Part shown: positions 23,382 through 36,725 of the stretch, piece after piece | How the letters are laid out: the number at the start of each line of letters is the position of its first letter | How positions within the stretch are numbered: the stretch's first letter is position 1 | Assembly: GCF_032191835.1 (NCBI RefSeq) | Contig: NC_083227.1 | Coordinates: 49,600,001 to 49,664,000, forward strand | Source of the DNA: Heteronotia binoei | Lineage: Eukaryota | DNA length: 64,000 bases | Direction: 5' to 3' | The notes under the pieces: model-generated | Told to the model about the DNA's origin: nothing | Seen by the model: only the letters and a program-made list of their open reading frames with translations | The model's database searches: none | Program-made: the position numbers and the translations under genes

Positions 23382-26300
23382 AGCAGAACATAACCTCCCC
23401 CCCCCCAATGGATCAATATCAAGATAGATGGGAAACAAAAGTCAGACTTTGTTCATTGTTTGGAATGTATTCAAGCGTCCAGACACTGGAACATTAAATT
23501 ACAATGTAATTGTTTGCTGTGTAAGCACACCAGTTCGAAATCTGCATGGAGAATTCTCCATAACAGACAAATGTATGAGAGGCAGTATAATGCAAAGGTC
23601 AGAGTATCATATTAAAACTGGGGAGATCTAGGTTCACATCCTTACCCAGGTATAAAAGTTTCCTGGGTGATCCTGATCCAGTCACACAGTCTCTTAGTTG
23701 TTCACCTGATCATTGTGAGGATAAAATGGAGAAAGGGAGAACTATGTACAGCACCCTGAGTTCCTTGGAGAAAGGCTAGGAAGATGGTCTGTATGCTGAA
23801 AGTATCAAATACAGATGACACACTGAAATATGGAAAATGACCAGTTGAACTAATGTTCAGAATAAGGAGGAGTGCAATCAGCTTCATCGAGGAATTATGT
23901 CTTTTGCCATTATAAGTGAAATCAGATTTATCTGTCTGGTTGTTTGCATTATGAAAAGTTTTGTTGTGGTGAGGAGGGAGTGTATAATTTATACCACATT
24001 CAGGAGCTGAATTTAGCTGGAAGGTGAAGGATGCAGCTGAACTAGAAAAGCACTGACTTTGTGCATTTCCTTTAAGTTGACCATATCTCTCCTTCCCAGT
24101 GACTAATAATAGGGTTATAATTACAGATAAAGGTTTAAGATTTGTACACAATTTACTCTTAATCTTAGACATGGAGTTTTGCACTGTGAAGTAAGGATCT
24201 TGGAATCACAAGTGGAAGCAGGTAAGAGATGTGGAGGCTGTCAAGTTGAGATGTAAAGGAAAGAATGGGCTTCATTTTCATATTAGACTAGAGGCTTGTT
24301 AATAGGTTGTTATTCTGTTGAACTAAAGGATCATATGCATGGCCAAATAACTGATTTTGAAACAATGGTGCCAATTCATAGGTTTACACATACACTTGAA
24401 GAGTAAATTAGGACAGGGACTTATACCTCTGGGATACAGTAACTTTCACCGACTGTAGACCCATACAGGAGTTAATACTGTCAATGGTATGACATCAGTA
24501 GTGATTTAGCTCTGTTCATTTTATATGATGCTGCTCTTAAAACCAGTGAACATGCAGATGTGCATGTGCTCTCTTGCACCACTGTAATACCTGTGACTTG
24601 CAGTAAGATGTTTTATCAGGAGAAGTGAAATACAAATATTTTCATCATTTGTGTTGCCTATCTCTGCCTTGTTCTCTGTTCATCTACACATTCTAGTCAA
24701 TGTTGCATCATTCCCTTCTATCTCAAGCTTGATTTTTTCCCCTGTTGGTGACCAAAAAGTTCTAATTGGATTAGTCCAGCAAACTTTGGCTCTACTGTAG
24801 GAACATTTTTGATTCTCAGAAATCATAACCCAGTCTGTAAAATGGAAAGTCCACCTGTTGTCTTGCCAGCAGGCCAAATGACTGCTCTTCTACACTTGGC
24901 ACCTTAGGAGCCTGACTGCATCTCCTAGACCTCTGCACACTCTCATTTTGTCCTTTGATTTACAATTACAAAGGTATCCATCACACAGTTATATGCCTGG
25001 CTGCTCTTTTTTATCAGTTAATGAATAATGATGAATGTTGTGCGTAAATAAATATTAGATATTCCCAAAAGTGGTTGGTGTCGGGGTTTTGTTTGTTTAA
25101 AGGTTTCTTGTATTTTGTTTGTTGCTGATGAATTTGTTTTATATCTAGAGGCTGGACGCTTCCTTTATGGAAACAATATTTAGGGCTTGCCCCTCCTTCT
25201 GTACCCTCTGGAAATCTACATGTGAAGATAGTGGAACAGCCTCAAAACAGTGTACTGTGCAGCGGTGGTGGGGAGGACTGCAGCAAGTAGTGGAACTGTG
25301 GCAGAACTTGCTTTCCCTCACTCATGTGTGTGGGTGTTTTCAGCAAAAAACCCAGTGACCCATCTCTGATAGGAGGCAGCAAGGTCATGTCCTGTGATTG
25401 TCCTTTTTGTTTCCCATTGCTGTGATTGGCTTGTTTTAGGATGCTCTTGTCAGGTGGGGATTTTTCTTTTATCTCATTGGCTGAGAAATGAAGGGGGCTT
25501 CACACCTGCAAGTAGAAGTAGGAAGGCAGCAGCCTGGATCATGAAATGCCTTGGAGGAGGGGAGGGAGCTGGAGATGAGAGTGAACATTCTAAAAAGGCA
25601 AGGAGCATGGTGGATGGCCAGCAGAGGGAGCAGAGACACTGCCACCACATGGTTTTTTTTAAGGTTCAAAGGGGTGAGATGTGTAAACATACCTTCAGAA
25701 ATCTATGGCTGTCTGCATTGCATGCTTTTGCACTCTTCGGTAGCTAAATTTCAATTGATCAACTTTTGTATTACCCAAAGATTCCAAATGAGCTGCCATT
25801 TCATGTTTCCCCCCTCATTTTAAAATAAACTGCTAGAAGTTTGCTGTCAACTTTTTTTTCCCCCTGCTGCTGAAGTGCCCATTAAACTAATCAGGTTTTC
25901 TAATTTTTTTAACAGAAACTGCCATCTTAGAACTATCCTGTTGAGTGGGTGTTGGTGTTTGTAACAATAATGTTGTTTTCATAATATGTGATGGCAGATT
26001 AGCACGCTTCTCTGCAGTGTTGTTAACAGTTGTAATTAAGGAATAAACAGTAAAGGGTGTCAGTCCGATGACAATTTCATCTATAGTGTCACAATACAAA
26101 ATGTCACAAAATATTACTGTTATATAACTACAAAAATATCAAATTAGGCTTTCATCTTAGAAGCAGGGAGGCTTTTATTTTAAAAAAAAACCTGGCATAG
26201 AGACTATTGCAATTTTATACCTACTCAGTGTTCTGTCATGAAGACAAGTTGGTAACATTTTTTTCTGTAACACAGCAGTTTGGTTCTCTGCCACGTTGTC

Positions 26301-29300
26301 GTATTGAAAGAATGTATGAAGAGCTGATCTACTCCAGCGTAGGGATCTGTGAACACCACTGCATGGGAAGGAAGGAGATTTTGGCATATGTAGCAAAAGT
26401 TGGTCTTTTGGTTTTTTTCAGAAGTGTATCAGCTAAACACTCAGTGTCCCTGCAGATCATTAGCAAATGTCCTTTAAGCTGAAAAAGGTTAGGTCGATGA
26501 AAAGTAAACAAGCGCTGGGATTTCAGTTGCTAAGTGTTCAATTATTTTTGTTGCCCAGTTCCCCATGTGTAAGGTGGATTTCTCTTAGTAATAATAATAA
26601 TAATAATAATTTTTTATTTCTATCCCGCCCTCCCCGCCGGAGCAGGCTCAGGGCGGCTCTTAGTAGATACAGTCAATCACTTTGAAGAAGTGCAATGCAA
26701 GGTATGAAGGAACGAAATGGAAGAAAATTGATCAGGTGTGCAGAATTACTTTCTCCACTTTGCTTTGACTCAAGGTTACCGTTATTTCTTTGTGAGTTTG
26801 CTGATTTAGATGTGAAGCTTGCTTGATCCTAGGACTCATGATGGGTAAAAGCAAGTAAGACTGCCAAATTCTTTCCAACTGCTAGAAGTTAAAAAAAAAA
26901 TGCATACAAGAGTTCTTTAAAAATTAGATTGCACTATGTTTTGTCAGGAGGTGGGGGGGGGGGGGACATGTTGAATGGCTTCAATCCTACCCTAAAGGGA
27001 TTCTACAGTAAAGTTCTGATTAATTTCTGTGGTGCTGAGATGATGTCCAGCTACATATATATACAGAAGGCCTACAGATACCACCCCATATGGATATTAC
27101 AGTTCAATCCTAAAGAGAGTCCATTGAAGCAAAGGGGCTTAGAATGGGGTGACTGGTGAAGATTGCACTTTAAACTCATTTTTAACACACCTAATTTTGT
27201 AATAAATTTCTGCATTGCAAAAGGAGTGCCAAGGACACATTTGCTATCTGGAAGGCGATCAACGCTCCTTCCATCCATACCCCCGTCTCTGGCATCCCTA
27301 GTCTCTCATTGTATCCAACTGCAGCTTGGAGAATCCAAGGCACTAACTACAACTCCAGAGCCAAGTTGAATCTGCATTGAAAGTCCTCTTCCAGTTACTC
27401 AGTCCACATGGACTATAGACAAGCAGTTTTCCAAGCTACTGTTGTTTTGCTTCTTGTTTGTTTCAGCCAGAGCCTTCCCTGCTTGGTGCAGAGAATAGCC
27501 ATTTCTCTTGATTATATAACTTGCTGGGGGGAAAGATGTACACAGATTCCATTCTACAATGGGATATCACCAAGTGCTGTCTTATTTCCCTACAACGATC
27601 CTGTGAATTGAATTGGACTAAGGTACCAATACGGTAATAAGTGAGCATAACAACAGAAAGAAGATCTGTTCCCCAGTCCACATTCAATACCCTGATCACT
27701 ACACTAGACAAACTTCATGGGGGTTTTTATTCTGTTGCACAGGGATGTGGCTTACTGACTGACCAGTTCTCACATTTCATTATTTACTCCTCAAATCTGG
27801 AAGTTAACAGGATGCATGTTTTGATTGATACCCAAAATGTGTGGATGCTTATGATTGTGTGGTTAAATGGTCACACTCAGAACATATCCAGGACATATCC
27901 ATGCAGTTCCCTGTTCTGTACTTAGATTAAGATAGGGGTTCATGTAACAGAATAATTTTTAAAAACAACAACAGAGAAAGGCCTGGATCCAGTGGGGTGT
28001 TTCTGCAGGTATGCAGATTTTTTTTTTTTTTTTTGCCTCTGCTCTCTCACTTTCACCTGAAATGCTGCTCCTAAGAATCCCCATCCCCAGGAATAGCCTG
28101 GGGGGCATTTGGGGCTATATTTCACCTATAGAAACACCCCCTTGGGTCCAAACGAAAGAAGTCTGGACTAGAATCTTATACCTGCCATCTACTTCTACTT
28201 GCTGATACTTAAAAAAAAAAAAAGATGGAGGAACATTTGATGATATGAACCCCCACCTGCAGTCTAAAATGGCTCAATCCCAAAATACAAGAATAATTTC
28301 AAACACTGCACAAAATAAGCTAACAGTGGACTGGGAATCCCAAACTTTATTGTTCTGTATTGGGATTACCCTGGAATTTAATTTGGGTAAAATATGGTGA
28401 AGATTTGTCTTCACCTATAATAGAACAAATGTTTTTTAAAATGCCATTGAACACCCTGTTATGGATTAAGAAGGAAAAGGGTGAAAGTTATTTCAGAGAT
28501 AACAGTATTAATTAAATACTTAGAATTTGGCTACATATAGCAGTAAATTGCCCATACCTATTTTTCTCTTGCATCTGTTATGAGATCTGCTGATTTCAAA
28601 ACGTGTTCAGGATTTGGTGGTAACTTTAACCTAGTTCAGCTTGTGTATTATTGCGGTTTAACTTATAATAATACAATTATATATTATTTTGGCCAAACAT
28701 ACGGGAAACTGTAAATTCCAATCTTTAAGTTAAACGTTTATTATCATATTTGAGGTCTAGTTCTTAGAGAGAAATTGATTTTTAAAAATCTGTTTTGAAA
28801 AGGTAGTAGAGGCGATATTTTTCTAAGATATATGCTGTAAAGATTAGAAAGCAAAATATCAAATAGTTATATGAATAAATGGAATAGATATCTAGAATAT
28901 GTAGTTAATCCATGTGTCTAGAAATTTCTATTTTTAAAACGCTCTGTTTTTTAAATTGGCTTGCAGATTTGTAAAAACACTATCAAAATTGCAGCTGAGT
29001 GGCACTGATCATTTGAGGGTAGCTAGGATTCATAAGAATGGGGGAAATCATTGGTTCTGTGAACATGAAAATGCACCTTTTCTTTTATGATGGAACTGTT
29101 TAAGAGCCCAGTGGTTTTTGAGACTTTTGATTAATGTAACATGAGTGACCCTTGATATAAGCTTAACCTCTGCTTCTGACTTACTTAAATAATGTGTCAC
29201 AAACTCCAGACCATCATGATGTACCTGCTCTTAACTTAATTACACCTCCTCATCTAGCCTTTGCTAGTCATTGGAAGCAACAGACTATGCCTCAAAAGGC

Positions 29301-32300
29301 ATGGTTTGAGAAAGGGATTGAATGATAAAAGAAATCCATTTGACTCACAGTTTTACAGAACGTAAAGATGAGAATCAGCTGGATGTTCATTTGAAATCTA
29401 TGGTATGACATATGGAATATTACAGCTCAAGGTATGAGATTTATTACAAGATCTGTAAATTCTCAAGCTAGTATGTATAGATAAATATGTTAATAATAAA
29501 CAGTAAATAAAATGGAGCAGTCCTGAATTGGATTGCCTCCTTGTAAGCTATTTGTAAGAACCAGCCTCAGACCCAGTCAATATTACTGAATTTACCTATG
29601 TATTTGTGTGTACAGGGACTAGTGGTAAGAGAGAACACAATTTATACAGCCCATATGTACTAAATAGTGACTGCCATCTCTTTGATCATGACTGTACTTT
29701 TTCCAGCGGCTGTGATCACAGAGGTAGCTGTGAGCTGACCGTCTTGTGTCTTAAAACCTTTCTACACATAGTTGTCTACCCGTATATGCAACTGAGTGAA
29801 GCAATTCTGGTGCTGATTGGCCTCCATTTGCATTTATTCCTAGAATAGGGTATCCAGTGCTTTGGAAGCTATTGCTGTTCTTCAGTTGTTAATGCTGAAA
29901 GCAGTAGAGGAAAGCAACTTACTTCAACACTTTGCTTCAGCCTCTATATTCTCAAAGGAACAAATACTGAATCACTAGTTATTTTCAGGATTAGTAGCCA
30001 TCATACAGATCTTAGTACTGAGCCTTATCATGCTCTTCCTTTCTTTTACCATTGCAGTTCTTAGCTGTATATTTCTTTGTTATGGTCTAACAATGTGATA
30101 TGTATAAGGGTATTTTCAAACATAATGGGTGTTATTTTTGAAGCATCTCTGCAACGTAACAAAGGGGTACCAAAAATGGTGGTCACACTCGAGAAGATTA
30201 AAGAAAGTGCTTAAAAATCAAATCCATTCAGTTATTTGCTTCACTGATTTACTGTCCATGTCCTTCAACAGCTCTCCAGCAATATAAAATTTAAACTGTA
30301 TGGAACAGAAATATACCTCACTGCTCCAAGAACCTTGCAAATGCAGTTAGCAGGGCAAATGCACACATGTACAAAGAGACACACTTCAGTCCATGGATTC
30401 CCTTATCTTCTCTCTTCCCTGATATAGGTGAATGATCCCATTCATTTTTATATAGAAAGGCTCTGTAGGGACTGATACTACAGTTGGGTCCAAACCTATC
30501 CACCCTCCATGACATTGCATGACCTGGCCTTAAACATTAGGAACAAGAAAAGTGGGCCGATGTGTATTCACATAGGTCACCCAGTGTCATACCCACATGC
30601 TCCTGTCCCTCCATCATAACACTAATTCCTCTAGTACAGAAATCAAGTTCATATATAAATAAAATTCACAGATAAAAGACTGTACACACCATAATTGCAT
30701 AAGCACATTTCTTTTTCTCTTTTCTTGCTCTGGCAGCCTTCTTTCCTGACTAAACTGGGGGGTTTTAACTCGGAGAGAGGTCAAAAGGAACTAAATCCTT
30801 GTTTAAAGCAGCCAAAAAAAGAGAGGTGGGTTTACAGTAAGCTGTCTTTAAAAGCCCAGCATTTTAAGTTGCAGTGCCTTGAATGGCCATTTCAATTTCA
30901 TATGAGTTCCATCATGAGTCTGCTGCACCAACTGATCAGTGAAGCCTTAGCCGTCTAAACAGAAGTCTTGTGGTACCCATGTATTTTTGCTGCAAAGAAC
31001 GAACATAGCCGCCCTTCTGGCATTATGGCTAATATGTATCCAGCAAATATAACTAGTCATCATTTTCTATTCCAGACTTTCCCACTTGGGTGCCACTGAT
31101 AACATCCTCTAATTCCATCTCCATAAACAGGTAGATTTATTTGAAGGGCCTGGCTGCACGCTTATTTCTATTTGTGGTTTTGCCAGACATCCATCTGAAA
31201 CCATATGCCAGCTGATAATAAGAAAAGCCATACTGCATATTTCATAATCATCACTTAAAATAATGCTAATTCAAAGAAAACATGAGTTCAGCTAGCCTTT
31301 AGGCTACCAGGGTAAGGGTGGAAATACCCAGAATAACTGCAGTGAGAGAATAACAGCGCAGTTCTATGTAAAGCCAATATGTTCCAATCTCAGCCCACTG
31401 AAATCAGTAGGTTTCAATTGGAATCACTCTTAGGATTGTACTGCTCATCTTTCCAAACTGGTTTGGTGCCTGAATTAAGTGACGTCTGTCACTGTTGCTC
31501 TGTGTCGTCTATGAACTGCATTTAGAATGTGTCTGAAGAGCCAGTGCTGACCTACACTGTTCTGTTTTGCAGACGTTTCCTCTCCCCCGTTCCCCACCCC
31601 CAAGGATCTGATTGCCAAGACATTTGTTGGGTACAATTGTGCTTTTTTGCCTGCAGTCAGCCTCCTCTTTCTCCTCATGCTGTATTTGTTCAGCGGCACC
31701 ACAATCCAGGCTGGTGACATCCCCGTTCGTTAACAGAATGAATCAGAGGGAAGAGTCTGGTTATAAACGAGAGAGGAGCTTCTATTTCTGCAGAATTGCT
31801 TGGCAACTGCCAAAGCAACCAGAGAAGGGAGAGGAAAGAGTTGGCAGCAAACTGGACTTTTGAGGAACACATGAAGCTGCATTACTCAGAACCAGGCCAC
31901 TGGCCCATCTAGCTCAGGACTGTGGCAGTGGTTCTCCAGGGTGGCTTGTCTCGATGCCTGCTACCCAAGATCCAGGACCCTCTGCGTGCTTTACTTCTGA
32001 GCCTCCGCAAAGGATTTCTGTATCTGTTGGCCCTAGAAAGCCACATTTGCTCACTCTCCCTTATATGAAGGATATTCTCATTTCTATATGACATTTTGAT
32101 GGGTGCAGTGTATGTATAGAGAGAACTTGTTTATGGCCAGATCCTGTGCTCAATGAGCTGGACCCAGTAAGACCACATTGTTGACTCTCTTCTGCTATCC
32201 TTGGGGAGAAAATTGGGGTTCAAATGATTGAATAAAGAGAAATGTAATCCATCCGATGGAGATGGCTCTCGATCGTAGGCAGGCTTTCTCTATTGGCGGA

Positions 32301-32457
32301 AGGGAGCAGAAGGAAGTAGTTGGATCCAACTTACATGAAAGGAGTTATTGTTTCCCACTGAATGTCCCTGTGCTCTATGCTCCCATTGCACCCCCTTGCA
32401 GGAATCCTTTCAGTGAATGCTGGCAATCCAGAGTCAAGGGCTGAGAGAAGGTGTTTG

Positions 32458-34296
32458 ATCTTCTTCGTGATCTCTGTGCTTCACACATGGGATATAGCAC
32501 CTGTGCCGATCCCCCGAATCAGTACCTAAAAAGCCCAGGATTTTTTCGCACTCAGCACCAGTGAGCATGCGCAGGTGTCCCAGTATGCATGCTCACCGGA
32601 GCCAGCGTGAGAATCCTGCCAGTTCCTTTTTGACTGCCGCGCTGAGAGGATCTCCTTTCGTTTGCTCCGGTCGGTACTGTAATCCTTTGGATTTTCTTGT
32701 TAATATAGCCCGTTTGTTGTTTTCTTAGTTAATAGTTAATAGTTATAAATAGTTATTGTTGTTTGAAAAAAAGAGAGAGAAAGAGACTGTTGTGGTTGGA
32801 CTTTGCCCCTTGGGGCTTTGTTCCCCCCCCCCCATTCCCTCAGAAATCATTCTGTGTGGGTTCCAGTGCCTATGGAAAGGCGTTGGGGTTTTTTTAAATG
32901 TTGCCGCAAGTGTGGTAGCAAAATTGCACCTCCTGATGGTCACTCTCAAAGAAGTTGAAGGAGAAGCGAAAGAACAGACTTTCCTGCACTCCTTCTCGGG
33001 ATGCTTCGGTATCGACGCAAGCTGCTCCACCCCGGAAGATCCTGGCATCTCCACGAGCAAGGAGTCCCCACGACCAAGGAGTCCTTCGGTGTCAAGAAGC
33101 ACCCGCTCCGCCTGTCAGGATCGGAGCAGGAGATAGACCTGACCCAGCGCACCCACTCATCGAGATCGGGATCGCGTCGTCGGAGCAATAGTGGTTCAAT
33201 ATCGGAGATAGAGGCTTCGGTACTGAACGAACCCCTGGCACCTCTCGCACTGACTATGGGACAGAGAGAGCTGGAACCAGCTGCTATGGTTTGATGCTTC
33301 CCGCCACGTCCGCCGTGGGATCAACATCAGTGGCCTTGCTCTTACAGTTACCCGTACCCGCCATACCAGTGGTACCCTCCATGTGACTTCTCCAAATGGG
33401 ATCAGTGGTCGGAAGCCTCTCATCTCTTGAGACTTTCCCATCACTCAAGGCAGTGAGCTTCGGCATCAGTGTCGATCCCTCCCGAGAGACGCAAAGAGAG
33501 GGTGGAGGAAGTTCAGGCACAGTCGTCGGTGTCTCTGCAGTCACCCGAGCGAGCTTCGACTCCGATACTCTCAGAGCACTCTGTGAGAACGGACTCCTTG
33601 TTATCGGACTCGTCATCGGATTCTGAGGCCGGTACCGATGACCCTGACAGAGTGGTGGAACCTCTGCCAGAGTCACATATTGCTGAGGATCTTCCCATAT
33701 CTTCATCGGAAGATCTGAAGTCTTATGGGGACCTGGTGAAGTGGATGGCACACTCCCTCTCCCTTATAGTGGTTCAACTGCAGCCAGTTGTCGATGACAT
33801 GGTCTTCGATATTATGCAGAGGGACACATCGATGGCTGTGGCCTTGCCTGTGACAAAAGTTATCCTGCAGGCGGTGAAGGAGCCTTGGGCATCTACACCT
33901 ATTTCTTCCCGGAGACTGGACCATATGTATCAGGTCCAGGATGCTGGTGCTGAGTATTTGTTCTCCCACCCCAAGCCCAACTCGGTGGTGGTCTCCTCAT
34001 TATCCAAGGCACACAAGACTCATTCTTCCCCACCTGATAAAGAGGACAAGAAGTTGGATAATGCGGGAAGGAAGTTTTATTCAGCAGGAGCATTGGGAGT
34101 GAAGGTCTCCAATTATGCCGCTTGCATGGCCCGCTACCAATACTCCATTTGGGAGCAGCTCACACCCTTTTTGTCCTCCTTGAGCGAGGAGAAGAGATCT
34201 TTGTTTAGGAAGCTGCAAAAGGAGGGCTTTGCTGTGGCCAAGCAACAACTAGCTGCAGCAAAGCACATGGTGGACATATCGGCAAAAACCATCACA
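32458..34296 (+). mobile_element. 5' half of a second, older DIRS element (left terminus plus degenerate gag)
   Basis: Begins atcttcttcgtgatctctgtgcttcacac like the 10799 copy; gag peptide ISSSEDLKSYGDLVKWMAHSL...PPDKEDKKLDNAGRKFYSAGALGVKVSNYAACMARYQY; truncated after SAKTIT. Confidence 0.9.
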
Positions 34297-35004
34297 AATA
34301 AAATGTCAGTGGCAACCCTGAATGGTCTTTTTCAGTTCCTGTAACAGATCTGTCTGAAATGACAGAAAACATCTGTTACTGGCCAGTTCCTAAACCAAAA
34401 TACACAGGCTGTCTGAAAAAGACCATTGTAAGTGCTTGGGTTAGTTCATGCTTTGGTTGGCCTCCAAAAGATCACCACTTGGACCATACAGAGCCTTGTT
34501 GGAGATCCTCAGATTTATTTCCTTCATCTATACCCTGTTTGCAGTTGTGCGATTACATTTAAAAAAAAGACAACAGTTGCTAGTTAGAAAACGTGCTGTG
34601 TCGATGAAAAAGTATTGAAGACTAGCCTGATCCTGCAGCAACACTGCAAAAGGATTGTATCAGCTCTTATTTCTGGAGGAAAAAATGTTAAAGAGTTGAG
34701 AAAAACTCATTTGGAGTGTGTATTTATAGTTTATAAACTTCTAATAACTGCAAAAAACTCCCCCTGAGAAGACTGTGTGCACCAAGGTCTATCTTGCAGG
34801 GTCTGGCCCCCAAAGGTTTTCCTACAGAAATTTAAAAACCTGCTGTTTTTCATTAAGCCCCACACAACTGTTGGTTTTCGGATTTGGGGGTACCTCCCAG
34901 CACTCTAAAAACAATACCACAAGGTTCTCCTTCCCCTGAGGCATTCTAGAGGTGTCACATGGTAGCCCAACATGAATCATGCCTCTCCCCTAAGACTACC
35001 TGGC

Positions 35005-35210
35005 AGGGCTGTTGTGGCTATCACAGAGCTTGTCCTGCTGCTGTAAAAGCTCTCTCACCCCCACCTGCCTCACAGAATGTTTGTTGTGGGGGAGGAAGGT
35101 AACGGAGACTGTGAGCCGATCTGAGACTTTGTGTGGTGGGCAGAGACAGTGAGCCAATCTGAGACTCTGTGTGGTGGGCAAAATATAAATCCAGTGTCTT
35201 ATTATTATTT
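35005..35210 (+). mobile_element. Partial SINE (same family as 36339 and 50602) with an internal duplication
   Basis: gttgtgggggaggaaggtaa.ggaga.tgtgagcc..tctgagact...tataaatccagtgtcttattatt; gagcc.atctgagact.tgtgtggtgggca repeated twice. Confidence 0.6.
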
Positions 35211-36323
35211 ATAAAGTGTGTGTGTGTTTTATTTTAACAAGTCAGAGATGGCAGCAAACGAGGGGGTGGGGGGGCTCCTCTTCAGCGTTAGAAATGCTGG
35301 TTGAAGGGTGCAGCAGCCATTGGCTGAAAAGATCCACGTGATTCCCTGCTTTCTGATTGGCTAAAACTCCCATTTCAGTCAGGGTAAATTCTGCCTGGTA
35401 AGCTACCTTGATTGGAACCTCGCTTATCTAGTCCTGCCCTAGCAGCAGCGCGCTTGTTCTACTGACTCTGTTAGTCAGTAAGCTCGCTGCCAGCCTTCGA
35501 ATACATATCTCAGGGGGGCAGAAATGCAGCTGTGTTTTAAAAGCGGTTTTTGTGTTTTTAAAAACGGTGGTTGGTAAGCAGTTGCATTCTCTCTCTCTCC
35601 TGCTGAGCTTAAAGGAGGGGTTGGCTTAAACTTAAAAGGACAGTGAACCTTACAAGGACTCTGTGTCTGCTTGCTGGGGTCTGGGGAAATGAGAGCTGTT
35701 GCTTTTTTTAAAACCTGCTTGCCTGTGTTTGCAGTCACTCTCGCTCTCTGCTTTAGGAAGCTGAAGGGATTTTTTCCTGGGAAGTGCTAACATCCTGAAG
35801 GAACCTGTGTGTAACTGTGTATTTTAAAATGGATCTGAAGCATTTTATGGCTGGCTGAAGGGGCAAAGGGTATCTTTCTCTCACACACACCATGTCTTAG
35901 AATGTCTGTGCCCCTCTGTGGGGCAAGCAGGAAGAGAGAATTCCTGTTGCTCTATGCCCTTGCAAACATTTGCTCTGTCTGTGAGGCAGGAATTTGTGAT
36001 TTCTACTCTCTCCTTTTTAAATACTGCTGCAAAAAACACTAAACATTTTCCCCACATTGTACAAAAGCACACTTTCCAAAACCCCTCCCTTACAAAAGCT
36101 CAGCTCCCCCCAAAAATAAAGTTTGCACCAACAACAGTTGCCATTTTGCCTCCTCCTTCTTCCCAGAAGTCCAGGAACAAAGGGGATAGCTCCACGCACC
36201 CCTGACAGTCCCTGGTGGGTTGGAGGGGGGAGCCAGGAGGGAGGGGGGAACCAGGAGGGAGCCAGGAAGGCAGGACTCATCTCATCAAATGTTGATTTTG
36301 ACAAAAGCCATGTACTAGATACT

Positions 36324-36725
36324 ACTTTTATTCCTATTAGTTTGGCATGGTGGTTAAGTGTGCAGACTCTTATCTGGGAGAATTGGGTTTGACTTCCTAC
36401 TCCTCCGCTTGCAGCTGCTGGAATGGCCTTAGGTCAGCCATAGCTCTTGCAGAGTTGTCCTTGGAAGGGCAGCTTCTGGGGAGAGCTCTCTCTGCTCCAT
36501 CCACCTCACAAGGTATCTGTTGTGGGACAGGAAGGTAAAGGAGATTGTGAGCTGCTCTGAGACTCTGAAATTTGGAGTGGAAGGCAGGATATAAATCCAA
36601 TGTCGTCTTATTATTATTATTACTACAATGTAATATATAATGAAATAATTATACAACTCTCACAGCCCGGTTGCTAACAGGCCACAGACCAGTACGGTCC
36701 ACAGCCCAGGGGTTGGGGACCACTG
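36324..36725 (+). mobile_element. SINE (36339-~36620) fused to the right half of a MER1A/Charlie-like hAT MITE
   Basis: tRNA-like head gtggttaag...gggtttga.ttcc; (tta)n tail; then tgtaatatataatgaaataattatacaac...ggggttggggaccactg terminus. Confidence 0.75.

Noticed and set aside
23702-24184. 160-aa minus-strand ORF
   Set aside because: Partly overlaps a SINE remnant, no splice or domain support, composition like non-coding DNA.
35230-35900. Promoter-like block with several CCAAT boxes
   Set aside because: Could be a LINE 5' UTR or LTR remnant; no linked exon or termini found.
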